Virus record (IMG/VR): IMGVR_UViG_3300044691_000355
Location: 1-64,000 of that record
Source of the DNA: a virus
DNA length: 64,000 nt
Reading direction: 5' to 3' (one strand)
Shown piece by piece: positions 17,428-27,125 of the stretch. The first letter of the stretch is position 1, and each line of letters opens with the position of its first letter. Both the position numbers and the translations under genes were made by a program. Under the pieces are notes generated by a model. It was not told the origin of the DNA. It searched no databases and saw only the letters and a list, made by a program, of their open reading frames with translations.

Positions 17428-18761
17428 GGCGCGCTTAAGCATCCCGACCAATAGGTGAGATCGAGCGTGCCTTGCGGACTTCCCGCCGCGCCGTAAATCT
17501 GCACAGGCCCAGGCCCCTCGAATACGTCCGAGCCATCCCGTTGCAGGGCGAAGGTGGGGATTCCGGGGACGCAGGGAGTCTTAACGGACGTGATACCGGC
17601 GGCGCACGCGGTGGCAACTCCATTGATCAAAATCGTCCCTGGAGCCGTTAGAAACGCGAGGCACTCGATGTTTGAGGTCTCTGTCTCGCCGGGAATGATG
17701 AGCACTGGGTTGGCTTGATTGAGGTGCAAGGCCGTAGAGGTCATCTTCCGGTAGCTGACGTACAGAACGTCTTTTGTGATGTCGGGCTGCACGCCCGACA
17801 TGAACCAGGCTGCGTAGTAGGCCAGCAAATAGTAATATCCTGTGCCGATGTTCAACGCCAGAGTTGCATCGGTGAACGGCTGGATTTGGCCGGATTCGGA
17901 AAAGTCATTCCACGTGATGACCTGGATGAACTTCGTGATGCCAGCGAGCGCGCCTGCAATCGCCGCCTCCAAGCAATCGCGGAAAGTGTCGAAGTTCGAG
18001 GCTTCCCAAAACATCCCATCTTTCGCCCGGAACTGCTGAGACAAGACCGCCATCATGAAACAGGGCGGACACGAGAGTGCAGCGGCAGGGGTCGCCGTAC
18101 CCCAATCGCCGAGTCCGTGACTGACCGCTGCCAATGGGTTCGATGCAGGCTCGCCCAGCAGGATCGGGATGAACGCGACGTGAACACCCTTGGCATTCAG
18201 AGCGCTGTCCACGCCCTGCCAGTACGACAGCGGTTGCTTGGTGGCGTTGAACGCAGTGAACATCAGCCGCCCGTCTGGCAAGCGGAAGAATGCGGGGGCC
18301 TTGCAGGATGCAAGGATTTGCACGATTTGATCTTGCGTGAATGCAGTGCTCATGTCGGGCATGGGGATGACGGAAAAGCGCGGATCAACTGCCGCCGCAG
18401 CTTGAGCCATCATCTGCAAATGCCCAGTGGGGGACATTGCGTCTGCGAAGGATAGGATATCGACGTTGAACCCAGTGATGCCGACAGCAATTGCCATTCT
18501 GACTTCTTGCATCATGTTGGCGAGTCCGTACAAAGGCCACGCGCCCCCGGCGGGCACCGGCAATGGACGAGCGCGCAGGTAGCCGCCCTGCGCCAGATAC
18601 TTGTTGGCCTCCCCCGAGGGCTGAAGAAAGTTGTGGTTGTAGTAGTCAGTCGCCGATGGCGCATTGTCAATCGAGAGGGGAAATGAGGGGAAGTAGTGCG
18701 CGACGACGCGCCTTTCAAAGCTGAACGGATCGGGCATGTCAAATGGCAATGCTGACTGCAT
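17424..18761 (-). CDS. Glycoside hydrolase, GH71 (endo-alpha-1,3-glucanase-like)
   Basis: VVAHYFP.FPLSIDN, GGYLR.RP, EVRMAIA.GITGF.VD, IQVITWNDFSE motifs; GAAGGA RBS at ATG 18761; ATGA overlap with Rz. Confidence 0.75.
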   Translation of the reverse strand: MQSALPFDMPDPFSFERRVVAHYFPSFPLSIDNAPSATDYYNHNFLQPSGEANKYLAQGGYLRARPLPVPAGGAWPLYGLANMMQEVRMAIAVGITGFNVDILSFADAMSPTGHLQMMAQAAAAVDPRFSVIPMPDMSTAFTQDQIVQILASCKAPAFFRLPDGRLMFTAFNATKQPLSYWQGVDSALNAKGVHVAFIPILLGEPASNPLAAVSHGLGDWGTATPAAALSCPPCFMMAVLSQQFRAKDGMFWEASNFDTFRDCLEAAIAGALAGITKFIQVITWNDFSESGQIQPFTDATLALNIGTGYYYLLAYYAAWFMSGVQPDITKDVLYVSYRKMTSTALHLNQANPVLIIPGETETSNIECLAFLTAPGTILINGVATACAAGITSVKTPCVPGIPTFALQRDGSDVFEGPGPVQIYGAAGSPQGTLDLTYWSGCLSAP

Positions 18762-18766
18762 GGAAT

Positions 18767-19006
18767 TTATTCCTTCGGATCGATGACGATTACCGTGGGC
18801 TTGTCCGGGAAGAACGTGTTGAATAGGCCGACCGCGATGGTCGCGACGCCGATGACACCCATCGCGATGCCTAGGCTTTTCGGCGGAATGAAGAGCCCGA
18901 GCTTGTCTTGATTTAAATACAGATAGCTCGCGCCTGTGCCGATGCCACCGATGGCCTTCGTGCGATGCGACCAGCACCACAGCGACCACGCTTTGAGCCT
19001 GAACAT
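18767..19006 (-). CDS. Putative holin
   Basis: 79 aa with hydrophobic helices, coupled directly downstream of the endolysin. Confidence 0.55.
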   Translation of the reverse strand: MFRLKAWSLWCWSHRTKAIGGIGTGASYLYLNQDKLGLFIPPKSLGIAMGVIGVATIAVGLFNTFFPDKPTVIVIDPKE

Positions 19007-19506
19007 CACGAGAGCAGCACGCCGCCCGAGGCGGAATAGAAATTCGTCAGGTACAGCGAGGTGCGCTCCGGCTGGTGGCTGCTGCCTCCCGGCAAGCTCG
19101 CCCACTCATTGCGACACTTGAAAATGGCGTCATTGATGCGGCCGTTGAATACATCCATGAACGCGCCCAACTGCTGAAGCAGCAAAACTGCGCAAGCGTC
19201 TTGAGCGGTCGCATCGAAGCGTGTCAATTTTAAGCTGGCCTTGCAGTCAAGAAACGTGCGCAGCCGCATCTGGTAGCGCCCTGCGGCCGAGCTGTGCATC
19301 CCGACGTACAGCGCTCCCAGGTCGTCCAAGGGTTCGCCCTTCCATTCGACTGCCCCGTCGGGCGGGCGGTGTTCAGCCGGGTGGAAATTTAAATCGATGA
19401 TCGTGTGCTTGAATCCGTAGCACACCCGATAAGGATCGGCCGCGCGGTCGGTGCCTTCGCTGTGCGCGAGCATGCTCAAGAACGCGGCGGTGTTCGGTGT
19501 CATCAT
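19006..19506 (-). CDS. Endolysin, lambda R-type lytic transglycosylase
   Basis: AFLSMLAHSEGT, SAAGRYQ, AQD..A, EWASLPG. Confidence 0.92.
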   Translation of the reverse strand: MMTPNTAAFLSMLAHSEGTDRAADPYRVCYGFKHTIIDLNFHPAEHRPPDGAVEWKGEPLDDLGALYVGMHSSAAGRYQMRLRTFLDCKASLKLTRFDATAQDACAVLLLQQLGAFMDVFNGRINDAIFKCRNEWASLPGGSSHQPERTSLYLTNFYSASGGVLLS

Positions 19507-20153
19507 CGCGCCAAGTGCAGGAACAAGGTCGTGCAGAGCGATAGCACACCGAGCACAATCGCCGCCGCCACGCCGATGACAGTTGCGCTACTGGTCGTCT
19601 GCTCGCGCCGCGAAGTGCGCGCGAGCTTGCCCCCTTCGTCACTCCCCTCAAAGCGAAGCAGGCGCTCTTTCAGGTCATCGATTTTATCGCTGGTCGAGAT
19701 GCCGTATGTTTTGATCAACTCGCCCAACTGGTCGATCTGTTTATTGGTCGCCGCTTCCGACTTGGCAATCGAGAGCGAGGAGGCCTCATTCTGCTTGCCG
19801 ACCGCTTTCTCGGCGGCCTGCAACGCCGCATCGAGCGCCTCCTTGGAGGCCTTGGCGGTCTGCTCGACACGAATATCCCGCTCGCGAAACTGCGTCGTCA
19901 CGCCCGCGAATTTCTCGTCGGTGTAAGCAAAGCGCTCCCATACCAGCAGCTTCAATTGCCCGATTTCCTTGTCGAGCTGGGTCGGCACCCGCGTGATGTT
20001 GTCGGAGAACACACGGATCACGTTGTCCGTCGCGTCTAGGCGCGTAAACACCAAATCCTTGAGCGAGCCGATCTCGCGCAGCAAGTTGGCCGTGGTCAAG
20101 ACGGTCGGGTCTGGATCGGGTCTCATTTGCATTATCGGTTCTTCCTTGCCCAT
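19503..20153 (-). CDS. Coiled-coil protein with a C-terminal TM (possible holin/antiholin)
   Basis: Heptad-rich body, single C-terminal hydrophobic helix, coupled to the endolysin. Confidence 0.6.
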   Translation of the reverse strand: MGKEEPIMQMRPDPDPTVLTTANLLREIGSLKDLVFTRLDATDNVIRVFSDNITRVPTQLDKEIGQLKLLVWERFAYTDEKFAGVTTQFRERDIRVEQTAKASKEALDAALQAAEKAVGKQNEASSLSIAKSEAATNKQIDQLGELIKTYGISTSDKIDDLKERLLRFEGSDEGGKLARTSRREQTTSSATVIGVAAAIVLGVLSLCTTLFLHLAR

Positions 20154-20177
20154 GGTTTTTTTTCCTTTACGCGAACG

Positions 20178-20321
20178 TCAAAGTCTCCCGCTCAACAGCA
20201 ACACCAGTAAAAGAACGAGCAACAACCCGCCGCCGCCGTAGCCGTAGTTTCGCGAGTAGACCCCGCCGAGGCCGCCGCCGACGACGAGCACCATCACCAC
20301 GACCAATAAAATTAGCCACAT
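20178..20321 (-). CDS. Small membrane protein (DUF3309-like)
   Basis: 47 aa MWLILLVVVMVLVVGGG...YGYGGGGLLLVLLLVLLLSGRL; AAGGAG RBS. Confidence 0.7.
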   Translation of the reverse strand: MWLILLVVVMVLVVGGGLGGVYSRNYGYGGGGLLLVLLLVLLLSGRL

Positions 20322-20340
20322 ATGCCCTCTCCTTTTTTAA

Positions 20341-21282
20341 TCAATAGCCAAACACTGCCCAGTAGTAGCCGCTGGTCGAGGCCCCGATGATCAGGCTCGC
20401 CGTGGTCGGGCTCAGGATGTCGATGCAACAGGTTCCGGTGGCACCTTGCGCGCACACCATCCCCCATATGACGTTGTTCGTGAAAGCTGGAAACGTGATG
20501 TTGCGCGGCGATCCGGGGCCGGGCGGTGAGAAACCGAAGCGCACTTGAAGGGTATTGCCAAAGAGCGCATCGCTATTGCCATTCACCCCGCCGTTATGGA
20601 AGTTGCCGAGCGCGGCGCTCGTAAACGCCTCAGCCGTGGCCAAGACGCCCTGCGCAAAAGCGGTCGTCGCGAGCTGCGTGGTGTTCGTGCCCACGCTCGC
20701 GGTCGGTGCCACGGGAATTCCGGTGAGCGCTGCATTCGCCGCGTTCGCTTTGAGTGCAAGGGCTGCATTGGTCGCGTAAGCGGTGAGCGTGCTGGCAAGA
20801 CTCGCATTGGTGACGTAGGCGGCCAGTGTCGCGCCCAGGGTCGCATTGGTGACGTAGTTTGCGAGCGTTGCGGTGAGCGCGGCCGTGGTCTCGTAGGCGG
20901 CGAGCGCCGTGCTGATCGAGGCCGCTACTTGTGCGGCGTTCGGATAATTTTTCAACGGTGCCCAGTTCACCGTACTCGTACTCGGCAAATTGCCGATGTT
21001 TCCTGCGGTGAGGGACTGCATCAAAATGCCAAGATCGCCAAGCACGGTATCGCCGATCTGATACGTCTCTGCGGCGTCGTAGTCCACCACGCCACGGCGG
21101 GAGAAGTAGCGCACGCCGTTGCTGGCGTAGTTCAAGAGCCAATTGAAAAACTGGCGCGAGGGTGGCGTGGCGCTCTCCTGCCAACCCGCCGCCACATACG
21201 TATCGCCCGGATCGACGATATCCGTGGTCGGGATCGCGACATTCGCCCAGGACTGGCGGACCGCAGGTTTCGTGATGGCCAT
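20341..21282 (-). CDS. Tail fibre protein
   Basis: GW...PPSRQFFNW N-terminal baseplate-attachment motif, Y.T.A.L repeats, LTG.P.APT..TTQLATTAF motif. Confidence 0.85.
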   Translation of the reverse strand: MAITKPAVRQSWANVAIPTTDIVDPGDTYVAAGWQESATPPSRQFFNWLLNYASNGVRYFSRRGVVDYDAAETYQIGDTVLGDLGILMQSLTAGNIGNLPSTSTVNWAPLKNYPNAAQVAASISTALAAYETTAALTATLANYVTNATLGATLAAYVTNASLASTLTAYATNAALALKANAANAALTGIPVAPTASVGTNTTQLATTAFAQGVLATAEAFTSAALGNFHNGGVNGNSDALFGNTLQVRFGFSPPGPGSPRNITFPAFTNNVIWGMVCAQGATGTCCIDILSPTTASLIIGASTSGYYWAVFGY

Positions 21283-21290
21283 TTAAGTCC

Positions 21291-24200
21291 TCAAGGTGTG
21301 TAAGTGATGCTGCCGATGCGCACGCCTGCGGGGCGCGGCAGCAAGTCCAAGGGTCCGACCAGTGCCTGCTCCTCTGGGGTGATAGGCACAGGCACTGTGA
21401 TCGCAAGGGAGAGCGTGCCCAAATCGGCGACCTGACAAGGCACGCCAAAGATATCGAGCAGTGAGGCCGCAATCTCCGGCTCCGTGCCATCGGACTGATT
21501 GCGAATGATGCGGGCCTTCAAGAGCGTGCGATACGCGGAATCGCCCAAGGTGGCGGTGCCGGTCGAGGGCTCATTCAATTCATACCAGCGCCCGCCCTTG
21601 GATGAATCGGTCAGCTCGCCAAAGGGCAACGCTTCCACATCATCCGCAAAGCCGAAAAAACCGGTGAGCAAAATGGACTGGATCACGCGCGGCTGCCCGA
21701 CCCACAGGCCGATGATGTCGAGCTGATTGCCGACCGCCAAATCCAAATCAAAGGCCGCCGGGATCGCGGCGGTGGCCTGCGCGATATCGCCCATCACGCT
21801 GCACAGGAAACTCACCAGCGCCATGTATTTGGGCTTCTGGTTGTGCTCGCTCGTGATCAGCTTCGCGTACTTGGCACCATTGGCACTCGTGTAGAGCGCC
21901 GAGACAAAGAGGTCCACCGTACTGCCAGGCGGCACGCCCCCAGGTGGCGAGTAGGCGAAGATGATGCCGATGGGCCAGACATCGCTTACCCCTTCGATCA
22001 CGGTGCCGAGGGTGAGGCCCTCTGATGCGAGCGTGGCAGTCGCATCGACGATGTTCTGCCCGATCACGGCCGGGAAGATGAGCGGCGGCCCTAAAGAGAG
22101 CACCAGATCGACCGGCGTGCCGTAGAGCGCTGTGCCAGTCACAGACTGGCTCATTATCTCGCCCGCTGGGATCGTCGGGCTGTGGCCGGTGCTCACGACA
22201 CCGAGCACCAGATTCGCCGCTACCAGGGCTGCCGAGGCGGCGCTCACCGTATCCCCGACCACATTCGGCACAGTGACCGTGGGGAGCCCCGAGGACTCGA
22301 CCATGTTGACCGTGGTGCCGTAGAGCGCCGTGCCGGTCACCGACTGGCTGATGATGCTGCCGCCAGGGACCAAAATGCTCGTCGTCGAGGTCACCGTGCC
22401 GGGCACGAATCCTGCGGCAACGAGGGTCGCCGACGCGGTCGCCAGGGGCATTCCCACGACGTTGGGGACGGGCACGGTCGGCAATCCGGTGGAGTTCACC
22501 AGATCAACGCTCGCCCCGTAGATCACTGATCCTGTGATCGATTGGCTGACGATGTGCCCGGCCGCCACGCTGATGCTGCTCGCCGCGCTGACAGCGCCGA
22601 TGATGGCCCCGACCGCGACAATCGCCGCCTCGCCCGTGGCGAGCACGTTGCCCACCACATTCGGTACGGTCACGTTGGGCAGGCCAGTCGATTCCACCAT
22701 GGCGACGGCTGAGCCCGCAGACACGCTGCTGCCCGCAGCGGGAGACTGGCTGATGATGTTGCCGGAAAGAACGGTGATGCTCGTGCCCGTGCTCACGGTG
22801 CCGAGGGTTAAGCCCACTGCCAGGATGGCGGCTTCTGCCACACTCAAGGCATCGCCCACGACATTAGGCACCGTCACGGGCGGCAATGCGCCTAGCGTCG
22901 ATATGTTGCCCGACGATCCAGCAGCCACAAAGACGCCGCTGCCGTATGCGACGCTAAATGGTAATTGGCCGCTCGGGAAATTAAGCAGCTCCAGTGTCCA
23001 GCTCACCCCATCGGGCGAGCTGGCGACGCCGCCATCGCTATCGATGGCAATAAACGTTCCGCCGCCGTACTGAATCCAATTCGATCCGCTCGCCAGCCCC
23101 GTTGGGGTATCAGCGGCACTCGCGAGTCCCGCAAGCGTTGCCGCGACGCGCACTGTCGCAGTCGAACTATTCCCAGAGACATAAACGCCTGCGCCAAAAG
23201 CAATCTGCGAAAAATTAAAATCAGTCGGGGCGGCGACCGTCGCCCAGGTGCGCCCGTCGGCCGAGGTGGCAATCTTGGTAGCGTTGCTGGCATCTACGCA
23301 GGCGCAATTAAAATTCGTGCCATCAACCCCGATGGCCTGATCGCCGAAATAGTGACAGTCGAAAATATTTGGCAGCGTCCAGGTGAGGCCGCCGTCGGTT
23401 GACACCATGTAATTATCGGTGCCCGCCGTCGATGAGCCGGTTGACACCGCGACGACCCAGGTTCCCGACTGAAATCCCACACTGCCGGGGTCGGGGTACG
23501 CGGCACTACCGAGCGCGGGTAACCCGGTGACATGAGTCCAGGTGAGCCCATCATTGGTGGAGCGGTACACGAGCGGCGCAAGACTCGGATTCGTGCTCCC
23601 GCCCACCGCGATCCACACCCCCGCCCCGTAGGCGAGATCGTTCATGGCCTGAAAGCTCACGAGGCCTGATGTGAGGAGAACTTGGGTCCAGGTCACGCCG
23701 CCATCGGTCGAGCGCACGACGTAGGCGGTATCCCCCGCCACATTGGTGGTAAGGCCCATGAACACGCCGTTCCCAAAGCGAACGGGGGAAATGTCCGTGG
23801 TGACCGCGCTCGTCCGATGGGTCCAGGCGACCGGGTCAGGGAACGGCGCGCTCGCCGGAGTGTAGTTTGCGGTGTAGAGCGCGACGCCCTTGGTCACGCG
23901 AAATTCGTCTATCTGACCATTGACGCCGTGACTGGGGCTCGCATTGGGACATGCGCCAATGATCCAAGTACCAGAGGAGGCATCGACGCCATCGCTAGCA
24001 GTAAAGGTGGCAACCGAAATGCCTCCCACGTAGGCTGTATAGACATTGCCCTGCCGCACAATCGCAATGGCTTGCCACGTATTTGAGACGATGGTATGCA
24101 GCGCGCCGTTGAGACCATGCCCTCCGCCGGTACTAGCTACGAATCCGTCAAAGCCACCAGAGAGATCAACTTGCAGGCTGATGCCGACCGTGTTTGATGC

Positions 24201-24875
24201 GTTGAGCGTGCCAAAGACACCGAAGGACTGAGCACCCACTGGCGTCTTGAGCCAAAACTCTACTGTCCAATCGCCCCCTGTAAGATCGAGGGGTCCGCCC
24301 GCTGTAATAGGAACCTGCAAATTAGAAGTAATCGCTCCATTAAAGAGCGCTGCGCCGGTCCCCAATGCAGGACTGGCGGTGGTTACTGTCGCATTTGAGG
24401 CGGTGACAACATTGCCCAGGCCGGAGGTATCTGGAAACGAAGTTGAGCCGTTCGTTCCATCCATGTGCAGTAACAGCACGTAGTCAGGAGTCTGAAAAGT
24501 CGCAGTCGCATTTGCCGCGAAAGCGGCCGCCATGGTGGCAAGGTTATAACTGGAGCCACCACCAGGAAACACCCACGTGGTGTACCCCGTAGAGGAACTG
24601 AATCCCTCAAAAGACACGCCTGCGTCTCGTGTATTTACCGTCTGGCCGCCGATTGTCAATGCTGAGAAAAAGTATTGAGGCAAATTGCCCTGTAGCTCAA
24701 CCTGAAGATCACCGCCAGATGAGAGGATCGCAATTGATCCTATCTGTGCCCCCAAAAGCGTTGCCGGAGTCAAACTGCCAAATGCTGAGTGATCAAATGG
24801 AATGTTGATCGCAAAACCAACATATCCAGCCAATCCCCCGGTTCCTGCCGCGTTTACCGGTGTGAACGTAGCCAT
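21291..24875 (-). CDS. Baseplate wedge (DUF2612) protein fused to LamG, BNR/beta-propeller and five PASTA domains
   Basis: LLLHMDG..WTVEFW..GQIDEFRVTKG (LamG); S.DGG.TWT repeats; 5x VPNVVG; C-terminal LITSEH..FDLD.AVG.QLDIIG.WVG..LLPRPAGV. Confidence 0.85.
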   Translation of the reverse strand: MATFTPVNAAGTGGLAGYVGFAINIPFDHSAFGSLTPATLLGAQIGSIAILSSGGDLQVELQGNLPQYFFSALTIGGQTVNTRDAGVSFEGFSSSTGYTTWVFPGGGSSYNLATMAAAFAANATATFQTPDYVLLLHMDGTNGSTSFPDTSGLGNVVTASNATVTTASPALGTGAALFNGAITSNLQVPITAGGPLDLTGGDWTVEFWLKTPVGAQSFGVFGTLNASNTVGISLQVDLSGGFDGFVASTGGGHGLNGALHTIVSNTWQAIAIVRQGNVYTAYVGGISVATFTASDGVDASSGTWIIGACPNASPSHGVNGQIDEFRVTKGVALYTANYTPASAPFPDPVAWTHRTSAVTTDISPVRFGNGVFMGLTTNVAGDTAYVVRSTDGGVTWTQVLLTSGLVSFQAMNDLAYGAGVWIAVGGSTNPSLAPLVYRSTNDGLTWTHVTGLPALGSAAYPDPGSVGFQSGTWVVAVSTGSSTAGTDNYMVSTDGGLTWTLPNIFDCHYFGDQAIGVDGTNFNCACVDASNATKIATSADGRTWATVAAPTDFNFSQIAFGAGVYVSGNSSTATVRVAATLAGLASAADTPTGLASGSNWIQYGGGTFIAIDSDGGVASSPDGVSWTLELLNFPSGQLPFSVAYGSGVFVAAGSSGNISTLGALPPVTVPNVVGDALSVAEAAILAVGLTLGTVSTGTSITVLSGNIISQSPAAGSSVSAGSAVAMVESTGLPNVTVPNVVGNVLATGEAAIVAVGAIIGAVSAASSISVAAGHIVSQSITGSVIYGASVDLVNSTGLPTVPVPNVVGMPLATASATLVAAGFVPGTVTSTTSILVPGGSIISQSVTGTALYGTTVNMVESSGLPTVTVPNVVGDTVSAASAALVAANLVLGVVSTGHSPTIPAGEIMSQSVTGTALYGTPVDLVLSLGPPLIFPAVIGQNIVDATATLASEGLTLGTVIEGVSDVWPIGIIFAYSPPGGVPPGSTVDLFVSALYTSANGAKYAKLITSEHNQKPKYMALVSFLCSVMGDIAQATAAIPAAFDLDLAVGNQLDIIGLWVGQPRVIQSILLTGFFGFADDVEALPFGELTDSSKGGRWYELNEPSTGTATLGDSAYRTLLKARIIRNQSDGTEPEIAASLLDIFGVPCQVADLGTLSLAITVPVPITPEEQALVGPLDLLPRPAGVRIGSITYTP

Positions 24876-24879
24876 TGTT

Positions 24880-26061
24880 TTAAGTCACGATGAAGGTGAC
24901 ATCGGAGATCGAGGAGACGGCTGCCTCGTTATAAAGCAACTGGATATCGGCACTCACGGGCGTCAGCGCATTTTTCTGAATCGTCATCGCCGTGATGTTG
25001 TAAGTACCGAGCACGGTGCTGCCCGGCAGGTACGCGGGCACGATCAATCCTGTGTAGCTGATATTCGCGCCAATGGGCAGCGCTGAAAGATAAGCCACCA
25101 CGGCTTCGGCTATCAGCGCTTCGGTCGCCGTGCTCCAAGCAGCCAGCGCCTTGACCGTGACGACTACCGAAATGGTCGCATCGGTGGGAGGCGAATATTT
25201 GATGAGGCGCGTCGAACCGCTCGGATCGGTGATCGTTGCACTCACGCTGCCGAAGGTCGGAATTCCCGGCGTGATCTTCATGAAGATCGCGTTTTGAATA
25301 TCTGCCTCTACCCCGCCCTCAACGATGAAGGCCAGCGTGTTCGCCGGTATCCCGTTCGCATCCGCGCCGGAAGTGTTGTTCTCGATGCCGCGCACGCGCG
25401 TGACGCCGGGGAGCTGCTCGATGGAGGCGACGATGCCGGAGAAAATACTTTGGCTGGGCAGCGCGACAGACTGCGCCTGACGCACGCGCAACTGCGCATC
25501 GGTTTCAACCGGCGCGCCCAGTGCCGCCGCTGCGACGTTGTTCACGCTCGCGATCCCGAGCACTTGATTTTGCAGCGTCACGATGCTGCCAGGAGCCGCC
25601 TGCGTCGCGCCCAACACCGAGCATGTCGCGGTCACGACGATGGTGCCGCTGCCGGGGATGGTGACGAGAGCCGGCAAATTCCACGGCACGCGATTCACAT
25701 CGAGCACCGCGCCATTGATGATCGGAACCGAGACGGTGCCGACAATGGTCATCGCCACGGTCGAGGCGGTGGGGACGTTGCGTCTCAGGCCATTGATCTT
25801 GACCACGGAGGAGAGCCCCGCCCCTTGCGCGGTCGCGGGCGAGAAGGCGTTATAAGCGGCAATCGCTGAGGAGCACGCATCGGAGGCCGCGAGCGCGAAT
25901 ACGCTCAAGAGTTGAAAATCTTGGGAGTCGTTCCCGAGATAGGTATCGGGACCAAAAATCACCTTGTACTGCGCCTCAAAAAAGGCGAGCCACTGCGCAA
26001 AGGTACCCGCAGTGATGCCATTGACCGTGATGACCGGCGCTAACCCCGAGGAGGATGCCAC
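24880..26061 (-). CDS. Baseplate J/gp47 protein
   Basis: FSPATAQGAGL, G...ETDAQLRVR motifs. Confidence 0.9.
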   Translation of the reverse strand: MASSSGLAPVITVNGITAGTFAQWLAFFEAQYKVIFGPDTYLGNDSQDFQLLSVFALAASDACSSAIAAYNAFSPATAQGAGLSSVVKINGLRRNVPTASTVAMTIVGTVSVPIINGAVLDVNRVPWNLPALVTIPGSGTIVVTATCSVLGATQAAPGSIVTLQNQVLGIASVNNVAAAALGAPVETDAQLRVRQAQSVALPSQSIFSGIVASIEQLPGVTRVRGIENNTSGADANGIPANTLAFIVEGGVEADIQNAIFMKITPGIPTFGSVSATITDPSGSTRLIKYSPPTDATISVVVTVKALAAWSTATEALIAEAVVAYLSALPIGANISYTGLIVPAYLPGSTVLGTYNITAMTIQKNALTPVSADIQLLYNEAAVSSISDVTFIVT

Positions 26062-26062
26062 G

Positions 26063-26407
26063 TCAAATTCCTCCGGCTAATGCCGCGAGGCCGTAGACAG
26101 TATTAAGCGTTCCGCTCACGAAGAGTTGTCGCGTCACCGTGTTTTGAGTGCTGCTGAAGGTCACGATGGCAATGACTCCTGGGGTCTCTAAAATTCGCTG
26201 TTTGATGTACACGTCGGGGTGAAGCTGCGCGGTCATCCCTAAGACGTTCTGCCGCCACGGGGTGCCGTCGCTTAAGTCGGCGAACCATTCGCCCTTCCAT
26301 AATTTCAGGCGCGTCAAAACCGCTTGGGCGACGCACGCGGGCGAGTTGAACAGGAACGACAAATTGAGCGGGTAATCCCCGCTTGCATCGAGCTGGCGGT
26401 AGCGCAT
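26063..26407 (-). CDS. Baseplate gp46/W-like protein
   Basis: VAQAV.TRL.LW.GEWF.D..DGTPW, RILETPGV. Confidence 0.85.
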   Translation of the reverse strand: MRYRQLDASGDYPLNLSFLFNSPACVAQAVLTRLKLWKGEWFADLSDGTPWRQNVLGMTAQLHPDVYIKQRILETPGVIAIVTFSSTQNTVTRQLFVSGTLNTVYGLAALAGGI

Positions 26408-26412
26408 GGGCT

Positions 26413-27123
26413 TTAAGGAACCGGAGGACCGGAGATGCCGCCGCCGGTCTGCACGCCCGAATGCGTGTGAGTTTCGACCACAATCCCATCACCGATGGTG
26501 ACGCCATCGGCTGTGAAGGTTCCCGGCACCACTACGTTGCCGCTCGCGTCGATGGTCACTCCATTCATCGTGATTCCGCCTGGCGCGACGATGTCAATCG
26601 CTTGGGTTGTGGGATTTAATTTGTAGTACGTACTGGCGTCATCGCTCATCAGCGTCGCGTTGTCCGTATCCACAGGCAACGCGCGCGGGAGGCTGCGCAC
26701 CCCGACGAGTGCAAACCCATCGGAGAGGTTGTGCATGCGGTACTGCGGCGGATCGTTCTCCGCGTTCGGCTTCTCGGGCGTGCCGCCGGAAGCGAAGCCT
26801 TTACCAAACCACCTATCGATGCAGCGGCTGGAAAACACCACCAGACACTCGTCCCCGGCCTTGATCGGGAAGGTGAGCGTGGCCCCGCCGCCGCCCTGCC
26901 ATTGCACCGGGCAATCCAAGAGCAGCGGCATTTGCGTCGGTGACCATCTGCCATTGGACAAGCGCTGCCTGCCGTTAATCGCAGGCTGAACCACCACTGT
27001 TTGCTTGGCCGCGTTGTAGCTTTGCACCACACCGGGGAGCGCCGTCCAGATGCGCGCCTGCAAAGCCTCACCGGCCGTGCGCAACAGCTCCTCAAGCTTC
27101 GGTGCCCGCTCGCGCCGATCCAT
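26413..27123 (-). CDS. Baseplate spike (Gp138/gpV-like)
   Basis: LTFPIKAGDECLVVF..RCID, R.H.LSDG, C-terminal HTHSGV. Confidence 0.9.
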   Translation of the reverse strand: MDRRERAPKLEELLRTAGEALQARIWTALPGVVQSYNAAKQTVVVQPAINGRQRLSNGRWSPTQMPLLLDCPVQWQGGGGATLTFPIKAGDECLVVFSSRCIDRWFGKGFASGGTPEKPNAENDPPQYRMHNLSDGFALVGVRSLPRALPVDTDNATLMSDDASTYYKLNPTTQAIDIVAPGGITMNGVTIDASGNVVVPGTFTADGVTIGDGIVVETHTHSGVQTGGGISGPPVP

Positions 27124-27125
27124 CT

